Origin: Octopus vulgaris
Taxonomy: Eukaryota
Length of the DNA: 64,000 bases
Assembly: GCA_951406725.2 (NCBI GenBank)
Contig: OX597821.1
Location: 60,450,001-60,514,000, forward strand
Reading direction: 5' to 3'
The translations under genes were made by a program, and so were the position numbers. Of this stretch, positions 54,550 through 64,000 are shown piece by piece. A model generated the notes under the pieces. That model was not told the DNA's origin, did not search any database, and saw nothing but the letters and a program-made list of their open reading frames with translations. Each line of letters starts with the position of its first letter. The first letter of the stretch is position 1.

Positions 54550-56232
54550 TTATGTATTTATGCTTGTATTTGTCCCCCACAATCACTCGACAACCGGTGT
54601 TGATTTGTTTATGTTCCCGTAACTTAGCGGTTAGAATACATACCAAACTTAAAAATAACGATTTGTTCGACTAAAGGCTGTGCCGCATTCCAATGCCAGA
54701 AACAAATAAACGGTAAAATAAAAGATGAAATATAAACATTTTGGATTTAAGAAGATGCATTGGAAAGAAAAAAGCTGAGTGGAAATTGAGAGGTGGCTTT
54801 CAAAAATTCCTAACGTGCGCTGCAACACTTGATGAGTGATAACGAAAACAGGCCTGCTTAAATTGCTCCGAAACGAAGTATATCTATCCTCGTTTTTTTC
54901 ACTGATCCATTCACCACTGATCCCGAATAACACAGTATGTTCAGTTGTGAACCATGTTATGCATATCACGGATTGATTTGGGATAGTACGAATCGGCAAT
55001 CAGTCAAAGATTTTGTTTAGACCGGAAAAGTGTCCCCACCCTATCAACCATCCACAATGCTCAACTACCCGTAATGCACTGGTTATTGCTCCTGTTTACA
55101 TGACCATGCCACGAAGATGCGTATTTTTATACGGATTTACGTAGACCTACCCATCAATATACCACCAGCGAACAGAAAAAATATTTTTCACTTTTACATT
55201 TTTATTAAATTTTACTTTAAATATCATTCCAACCATGACACAATACCATTATGTGGATTTAAAACTGTCAGGAGATGTTATTTGGGGGACAGCTGAGGGT
55301 CTTGGAATGAAACCTATTTTTTTTTTTACATATGTTGTATTATTCACTTGTCACTGATTCATTCAACACGTTTTTTTTTCGTCATAAACGAGGGTAGATG
55401 TAATACAAATTCATTGAGACAATACCGAAGAAATGAGCATGGATTAAAAGAACGTACGTTCGCTGGGAAAAAAAGTGAGATAATTTTCTCGTCACGCTTT
55501 ATGTTTTCATGATGATGTTAATGAGAAACGAAAAGGGTCCGAATCGAATGTGTTTGAAAAGTGGTTGGGTATACAATTTACCGTATGGATGTAATTTATT
55601 TTGAAGGCAAAGCGTATCTACATCTATAAATAGTCTTATGGAAAAGTATAAAACGGTTTAACTAGACAAAATCCAGAGTCTCAATATTGTGCCAAAGGGA
55701 AGCTTAAGCTACCTCAATGGTTCAAGTTTATTGTAATGGATTCTAGTCAGCTCTGAACGATGATTTATTCGACTAAAAGGCGGTGCTCCAGTATGGCTGC
55801 AATCAAATGACTGAAACAAGTAAAAGAGTTAAAAATGGATATAAATGGAGGCAAAGTTGTGTGGCTAAGAAGCTGGCTTTGCAACTAGGTGGTCTCGGGT
55901 TCAGTTCCAGAGCCTTCTACTATAGCCCCGGGCCGAGAGAGTTTGGTAGACGGAAACTGTGTTGAATCCCGTTGTATATATACATATATGTGTGGGTTTG
56001 TCCCCACCACTGCTTGGCAACCAGTGTTGGTTTCTTTACGTCACCTTAACCTAGTGATTCGGCAAAAGAACCGATAGAATAAGTAGCTGATTAAAAAAAA
56101 ACAAAAAACAATAAGTACTGGTATTGATTTGTTAGATTAAAAACTCTTAATGGCCGGAGTTCAATGGATGAAATAAGTAAAAGATGAAAGATATTTTGAG
56201 TTTCTTCTACCGATCACTAACGAAGAAAATGA

Positions 56233-56674
56233 GGCGGAATTCTGGTTTAAACCCCCCCCCCACCCATGTAACTCCTCATAATTTTATTTTTACTTTTGTG
56301 AATTTTCAGAAAAGTCTTCCGAATTTGTGTTCTACAAACGGGAATTCATACGATTATGCAAAAAAAAAAAAAAAAAAAAATTCGTGTGATTTAAGGGCTA
56401 TTTAGCTGTTACTTTTAGCACATCTCACGACTACCTGATATCGTCCTCGCTTCTTTGTCACTCTGCTTTTCAATATCTTTCTCTCTATAAATACGTTTAA
56501 TGGATTATTGCTGGGGTTTAAGCCAAAATCTCGGAAAAGTTTTAAAAGATTGTTTTCATTGTCATATGAATACCCATGTGTAGAATAAAAATTTGCAAAA
56601 ATTTTATGAAAATTCCGAAAAATAAAAAAGTTATGAGGAGGTTTATATGGGGGTGCTTAAACCAGAATTCTGCT
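56233..56674. mobile_element. MITE with imperfect ~75-bp TIRs and a perfect 8-bp TSD
   Basis: ggcggaattctggtttaa...ctcctcataa inverted with ttatgaggag...ttaaaccagaattctgct. TSD gaaaatga at 56225-56232 and 56675-56682. Confidence 0.82.
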
Positions 56675-56926
56675 GAAAATGAAATGTAGAATTTTAACTG
56701 TTTCTTTCCGAACTATTTCAGCTACCAACTCACTATCTCCCTCTCACTTTTTCTCTCATCACCCCCACCTTACTCTATAATTTTCTCCCTCCTTGATTTC
56801 TATGCAAGCACTCCTCTTGGCCTAAACACCTTTTGTACATCGATACACTCGATGAGGCTGAATTATTTTCTATTCTGAATTGTCTTCACATGTTAGTATT
56901 TACACTTATCCATATTCCAGACATAT

Positions 56927-57224
56927 GGAGGCACATGGCCTAGTGGTTAGAGCAGCGGACTCGCGGTCTAGGGATCGTGGGTTCGAATCTCAGACCGAGC
57001 GATGTGTGTGTTTATGAGCGAAACGCTTAAGCTCCACGCGGCTCCGGCAGAAGGTAATGGCGAACTTCTGCTGACTCTTTCTCCGCAACCTTCTCTTACT
57101 CTTTCCTCCTGCATCTTGCAGCTCACCTGCGACGGACCGGCATCCGTCCAGGTGGGGAACCTGTACGCCAAGGAAACCGGGAAACCCGCCCTAATGAGCC
57201 AGGCATGGCTCGAGAAGGAACAAA
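56927..57224 (+). mobile_element. tRNA-derived SINE (head B)
   Basis: A box tggcctagtggttagagc and B box ggttcgaatctc. 16-bp TSD catattccagaYatat. Confidence 0.88.
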
Positions 57225-58834
57225 CATATTCCAGATATATAAACACTCCAAACGCTCTTGACTGTTTTCTTATCCCTGACCAAACCCTTTATCAACCATC
57301 TACATCCATTGGATAGTTTGTTCCCTACCAACTCAAGATTTAATTCAGACAATTGGTCGGAACATTACTAGTTTCATATAGATTATCCATGGCAGGAAGT
57401 GTGCTTCACGACAGTTTATACCAAACATGTTAATTTTTCCAAACATCAGTTTAATAACGGAAATTTTGTAACGACTGTGCTAACTCGGAAGAAATTATTG
57501 GATTCCAGAAAAAAAAAAATAGAAGATTGAAATTATTCTTCTAGCGATGACCTTTAATATTTATGGTAAATGAATGTATAACAACATTTCTGATTGTTAT
57601 GAGACACGGAACAGAATTAACTGCGTAAGTTTCGTCTTCAATGTCTCGAAAGATAGCTTTGGCTATTGCTTAACGAGTATGTGTGACCTGATGTATTGTG
57701 GGTGCCCATAAGATAATTCATGCATTTATAATATATTTATTTCACGAGAAATTATTGCAGATAACTGCTAAATGTTAACTTCAGTATATATTTTCTCTCG
57801 CTATAAAATATGAAATTTTGTTCAGAACAACCATACTACTTTTGCACTATGACACATTTGCAAAACTAACCAAATACTTTTTCAGACATTGTGTAACATC
57901 AAAGCAGCAATTAATTTTTCTCTTGGGATGAATGAGATTCTTGAAAAAACTATTTTTAATAAAGGAAAAAAGAAGTGAAAGCGAAATACTTTTAAAATAG
58001 TAAAACTGTTTTATCTTTAATTAACAAGAAAGTGGATAATTTCCCGGTTTCTTTTTATCACAAAATGAAATATTCCTAATCTCTTTTTTGAGATCGCGTC
58101 TGATCTCTATTTTTGAGATTGCCACGGTCTATGATTTTCCCAATGAGCTTCAACGGTTTATATTTCCATTAAACTAATTTTATTCCTTTAGAAGTGACTT
58201 GTCCTGAAGGGGTACCAGTGCCATGGTGTGCAAGCAATCCATGCCACAATTCAGAAATCCCAAATTCTGACATATGCCGGTAAGTTATTGATTTGAATTG
58301 ATTGAAGTTGTCTGTTTTTACCTGATAAGACTCTTTATCGTCTGACAGTTGTATCAAATGTTGGCAACTATAACAAATACTAACGGCTCTAGAAAATTCT
58401 AAGAGGAATATAAAAAAAACTGGATTTAGTTAATTTCTTGTAAAATGAAATATGCTGAAATGTAATATTGTTAATGTACCTCTTGAAAATTAGCAAGCGA
58501 TATAGAATAAAAAAATGGTGGGTGAAGTCAGCGATAAATATTTCCTCTCATGCAAGCCACCAATGTTCTTATAAAGGATTTAGTTGTAGCTTTTACACTT
58601 AGTATAAATGCCTTGTCACAAAGAGCTTGTATTATTTTAGAAGTAGCTGGCTGAAATTGTAGAGCACTAGTCTAAGTACTTACAATATTTGGTTCCATCG
58701 CTTCATCTTCTCATTGCAAGATGTAGCGGGGTTCGTCATTTATCACTTATGGATCAATAAAATAAACACATTCAGTAAACTATTCTCTCTTGCTTGAATT
58801 GGCCAAATTAGAACCAATTAAAAAGAACTCATTA

Positions 58835-59210
58835 AAGGGAGTGATCTGTCTGAATCATTAGTATACCGGATAAAATGCTTAGCGGCATTTCTTCCTATTC
58901 CTTACGGTCTAACTTCAAATGCCACCAGCCGACTTTTCCTTTTGCCCTTTGGGGTCAATGAAATAAGTATCAGCTTAGTACTGGGGGGGGGGGGCGATGT
59001 AATCGACCTGTCTCTTTGCTTTGAAAACTCTGACCGTATGCTAAAATATGAAACCATATGTAACCATTATTTGTAAGGGAAGTGGGTAGTTGATTACATC
59101 GACCCCAGTACTCAACTGGTTTTTATTTTATCGACTCGAAAAGATGAACGGTAAAGTTGACCTCTGCAGAATTTGAACTCTGAATGTAATGAGCGGGAGG
59201 AAATGCATTG
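58835..59210. mobile_element. Two diverged, oppositely oriented SINE family D remnants
   Basis: aaatgcttagcggcatttc..gccgacttttccttt (+) and aaggttgacctc-like ggtaaagttgacctctgcagaatttgaactc (-). Confidence 0.55.
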
Positions 59211-59494
59211 AGGATTATGTCCGACGTTCTTGTCGTCCTTATGGAGATGTATACTAAATAAATGAATAAACAAACTGCAAAACTAATTGCAAGAAATAGC
59301 AACAGCTGAAAAACCTTTTGATGATAAGCTTTGTTGATCGAAGTCAACCTGGGTCCGTCCTTCACAAAATAAATGATGACATAAATAGCAGGTTTATCAC
59401 CTCCAGGAACAGTGTGTCTATCAACAGCAGTTAACAATGTCAGGAAATGAACATCCCAGTGGAACGATGCTTCTTGCATTATTTTGCATGATTG

Positions 59495-60112
59495 TAAGGT
59501 GGCGAGCTGGCAGAAACGTTAGCACGCCGGGGGAAATGCTTAGCGGTATTTCGTCTGCCGTTATGTTCTGAGTTCAAATTCCGCCGAGGTCGACTTTGCT
59601 TTTCGTCCTTTCGGGGTCGATTAAATAAGTACTAGTTACGCACTGAGGTCGATATAATCGACTTAATCAGTTTGTCTGTCCTTGTTTGTCTCCTCTGTGT
59701 TTAACCCCTTGTGGGTAGTAAAGAAATAGGTATTTCGTCTGCCGCTACGTTCTGAGTTCAAATTCCGCCGAGGTCGACTTTGCCTTTCATCCTTTCGAGG
59801 TCTATAAATTAAGTACCAGTTACGCACTGGGGTCGATGTAATCGACTTAATCTCTTTGTCTGTCCTCATTTGTCCCCTCTAAGTTTAGCCCCTTGTGGGC
59901 AATAAAGAAATAAGAATCGTTAGTACGCCGGGCGAAATTTTTAGCAGTATTTCGTCTGTCTTTACGTTCTGAGTTCAAATTCTGCCGAGGTCGACTTTAT
60001 CTTTTATCCTTTCGGGGTTGATAAATTAAGTACCAGTTGCGTATTGGGGTTGATCTAATCGACTGCCCCCCTCCCCCAAAATTTCGAGCCTTGTGCCTAG
60101 AGTAGAAAAGAA
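59495..60112 (+). mobile_element. SINE family D trimer within one TSD
   Basis: Three Meta-like domains. 15-bp TSD tattttgcRtgattg at 59480-59494 and 60113-60127. Confidence 0.85.
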
Positions 60113-60532
60113 TATTTTGCGTGATTGAGTCTAATTTGCATAGCTCTGGGTTTTGTATACTGACACAAGCTGCACTTCATAATGGGGTGATCATAACTTA
60201 ATTACCGAACTGAAATGGAAATCTTCCCAACAGAGAGAATATGATTTGTTAGTTTTTATAATCAAGTTTAATGGCAGTTTGCCACCGTCAATTTTCATTG
60301 CCCGATAAACTTTAGTAATTTATTTGGAGGCTGTGAATACCGACAAAACTACCATCACCCCCCTTCGCCTTTATTTTCTAGATAGAAATTTCAAAAGTTC
60401 ATTGTTTCAGTTCGCACTTTTAGTCAGAGAAGTTTAGAGAAGCCAACAGTTGCCAAAGTTTTGTATATGAGTCTGTCTTTCTCTTTTCGCCCTCTTTCTC
60501 ATTTTCACACACAAACTCATAAGATTAGATCA

Positions 60533-60569
<37 letters not shown>

Positions 60570-60700
60570 TGCACGCACACACACACACACACACACGCAC
60601 GCACACACACGCACGCACACACACACACACACACACGCCGCCGCAACGTGTACACACTCATATCAAGCATTACTTCCTGTATGTATGCATGTATGCAAAA

Positions 60701-60748
<48 letters not shown>

Positions 60749-61144
60749 CAGTTGAATAAAATTAAAACATGGTCTGGTTTTCACGTTTTTTTTATTATGG
60801 TATTTAAAAAATATAAATTCTTTTACAATGTTGAAGTATGTTAAACATTAAAAAATATTTTGTAACGTTCATAAAGTTCAATTAGCGCTTCCATAAGTTC
60901 GTAGTAATTATCAGAGTTCAAAATGTATTTAACTGACAGTTGTTGACAACTGTAGCAAAATGACGATTTCTTTTTTTAAAACCTATTTGAAGGCTCCAAG
61001 AATACGCTTTCGGAATATGGTTTTGACCAATCCGCATGCAGCTTAAACGTCACGGTTTGCCCGGCATACAAATATTACTGGTATAGATCCCGCCTTTATC
61101 TTAACCAATTAGCTTGCAATTTACATGTAACGGTTATACACACA

Positions 61145-61217
<73 letters not shown>

Positions 61218-61654
61218 AACACATAAATGTGAAACAAGGTGGAAAAAAGAGTACTCAATTACCAGAGGTAGAGTAATATGCTTTATTTAAAAGCAGCAGA
61301 AATTTAACAAAAGCTGTTACTCGGAGTTTCACATATATATATATGTATGTATGTACATATACATACATACATACATACATACATACATTCATACATACAT
61401 ACATACATACATACATATGTATGTATGTATGTATACACATGGACATAGACAGAATGACATACACACACACACATAACGAATAAACAGAACCTAAAAGATT
61501 ACTTTAAGATACATGGCATATTTTATAAATATGTCTGTTCAAGTATCATAATAGGATGAAACTATTAGTAGCTCATTCGGTTGTAATTTAATTTGATATA
61601 TATGAAAATATATACATATTGCTTTATGCATACATACATATGTGTATGTGTATA

Positions 61655-62893
61655 GTAGGTTGGAAAGAAAGTCCTATTATGCTTTACGGTGGGAAAGAAA
61701 CAAACGCTTCTTTTTTCTTAATTGGTGCATTTAATCAAGAAAATATTATCCCTCATTACAGACAGCATAATTCCAACTATTTGACAAACTGTTGATCCTT
61801 CGGGCGGAAAATTCTCCACGCTTCGAAGCAAATAATCACTTGCTATCATTTTTAACCTCTTCACAATTAGTAAACTGTTTTCCTTCTAAACAATGTTGCA
61901 ATGATCTGAAAATATGGTAGTCAGATGGAATAAGGTCAGGAGAGTGAAAATGACGAGGCAAAACTGCTACATTTAGTGCCTCAATCTTTTCCTGAGTGAT
62001 TTGGGTAATATATGGTCTTGCACTATTGTGCAAGATCAACACCCTTTTACAATTTATAAATGATGGGCGTTTTTTCTGCAAATTTTTCTGTAACGTTTCG
62101 AATTGACGACAATACTCCTCCGCATTAACCGTTTTGTTTTTGGTTAACACTTAACAATAGACGACAGACTTCGTATCCCATCAAATATCGAACATAACTA
62201 TTTACTGGTGTGGTCCTGGTTTGGGAATGGACTCTCTTTTTTCATTTGGTGTTAACCATTGTCGTTTACGATGCATATGATTTTAAATAACCCACTTTTC
62301 ATCACTTCTGATAATTGTACCAAAGAAAAGTTCCTTAGAGAGTTTACTCTTCAATGATGACCTGAGGGCAACTCTTTGATTAAGCTGAGGAGCAATCAAA
62401 TGATGAGGAGCCACTGACAAGGTTTGACACTTTTCGTAGTTCATAGAAGTGTTTTATGATCGCTGCGTGACCTGAATTGAACTGTTTTGATAATTTCATG
62501 CAGTTTGATTTGGATTTTCTTTAACTACGGTTTTCAGAAGCTCACTATTGACGCTACTTAATCGTCCAGATCGAGGGGAATCTATAAGAGAAAAAATTCC
62601 CGAGCGAAACTGGCCAAACCGTCGTTAGCATGTCCGAGCACTTAAAGCTTCATTTCCATTGTCGGAACAAATATTTCTTGCAGTTGCTATTGCTAAGAAC
62701 CACTTTTGCATTCATACAGCATGCAGTGTCATTTTAAAAGGGAAAAATCAACAGGAATTTAACGACCATGGTATAAAGTAATATTCCACGTTGTTAAAAT
62801 GTAAAGATTAATGCTTATTTTAACGTAAGTATAGAAAAACTACCCTCAAAGTGGTCATGTCAAAATTGCGACAGAACTTTCTTTCTAACGTAT
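61655..62893 (-). mobile_element. Degenerate full-length mariner
   Basis: TIR remnants taggttggaaagaaagtcct / agaactttctttctaacgta. Motifs SPRSGR, DEKWV, LHNSARP and HSPDLIPSDYHIFRSLQ. Confidence 0.85.
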
Positions 62894-63062
62894 GTATATA
62901 GTTTCGAACTTAATTACTAACCAATCACTACCTGAAAGATCTCATGTCAAACACTTTTAGCAGAGACGGAGTGAAGGACCAATATCAAAAACAAATGAAT
63001 GCACACTGTCTACAACATGCATTAAGTCACCATGCTTTCGTTTGATAATCCAAAGAGTATAT

Positions 63063-63117
<55 letters not shown>

Positions 63118-63141
63118 TACACACATATGTATGTATGTATG

Positions 63142-63213
<72 letters not shown>

Positions 63214-63215
<2 letters not shown>

Positions 63216-63286
63216 TAGGGCTTAGTAAAATAAATTACTTTGCCACATACTATGTGGCAAAGTAATTTATTTTACTAAGCCCTAAT
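63214..63286. repeat. Perfect palindrome, 36-bp arms with a 1-nt spacer
   Basis: attagggcttagtaaaataaattactttgccacata-c-tatgtggcaaagtaatttattttactaagccctaat. Confidence 0.92.
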
Positions 63287-63385
63287 TATATAATGTAATA
63301 TTTTGAATTCGCCTTAAATGGTCCTTTTACATACTGAATACTTGGTGAAATTGATTAATAACTAATTAATTTTACCCTCAATTGT

Positions 63386-63431
<46 letters not shown>

Positions 63432-63719
63432 ATATATCCATCTATCCATTCTTACATACATACATGCATACATGGAACTACCAAAGTATGTGAAAATTTC
63501 CAAAAGTTTAGCTTATAAGAACATATGCACATATTCAGACGTACAGCTGTATGAGTATGCATACATAAAACTGAACAGACTTCCACATACACTGGCTCCA
63601 AATACTTGCACATGCATGAATGCATGCATGCATGCATACATACATACATACATACATACATACATACATACATACATACATACATACAGATCATGCATAC
63701 ATACATACGTGGATATATA

Positions 63720-63825
63720 TACTGTTGATGTTGAAATTCCAATGAAGAATCTTTGGATCTAGATTAGAAACCGGCTCTTACTCCGTTGCTAAGAAATCTA
63801 GAAATAAGCCTCAATAGTAACACAT
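63720..63825 (+). mobile_element. Solo 3'-terminal module of the R4/Dong-like element in a (CATA)n tract
   Basis: ctgttgatgttgaaattccaatgaag..ttggatctagattagaaaccgg..aagaaatc is homologous to 52992-53087. Confidence 0.7.
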
Positions 63826-64000
63826 ATACATACAATTATACATACATGCACACACATAGTTAAAGGGTGTTTAAAACAAACACACCGAATATCAACTGAT
63901 GACAGTGCTCACTGCACGTGCAGGATCAGTTATCAATAATTTATTGAAAGTGATTTGGAAACCTCGCCAGTGGCTGGACTCTGCTGGTGACATTTATATA

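Noticed and set aside
58169-58357. Possible transposase relic (KTDN..QFKS..HHGTG)
   Set aside because: Too degenerate to call without a profile search.

Overview
This is an AT-rich, microsatellite-saturated animal genomic window. Its SINE, LINE and DNA-transposon content looks like a coleoid cephalopod such as Octopus (inference from repeat content). Almost all ORF-track entries are artefacts of (TA)n/(CA)n/(CATA)n/(GAA)n tracts or SINEs. Supportable elements are: a near-complete but disabled hAT (18256-22050), five Tc1/mariner copies, a clean non-autonomous Helitron and an eroded autonomous Helitron, two GG-terminal MITEs with 8-bp TSDs, several LINEs (CR1/L2-like, RTE-like, R4/Dong-like in a (CATA)n tract), four Penelope-like fragments and about 25 tRNA-derived SINEs with mix-and-match heads and tails. 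The only good host-gene signal is a small signal-peptide exon (35257-35332, +), which suggests much of the window is intron of a secreted or membrane protein gene. The most interesting signal is a set of short, microsatellite-embedded elements carrying minimal type I hammerhead-ribozyme motifs. These include a two-copy motif with an apparent G3:C8 swap of the conserved C3:G8 core pair, a retrozyme-like unit, and a cluster of long fold-back or rod-like hairpins at 30.9-33.4 kb. All calls were made by eye, with no searches or folding run.
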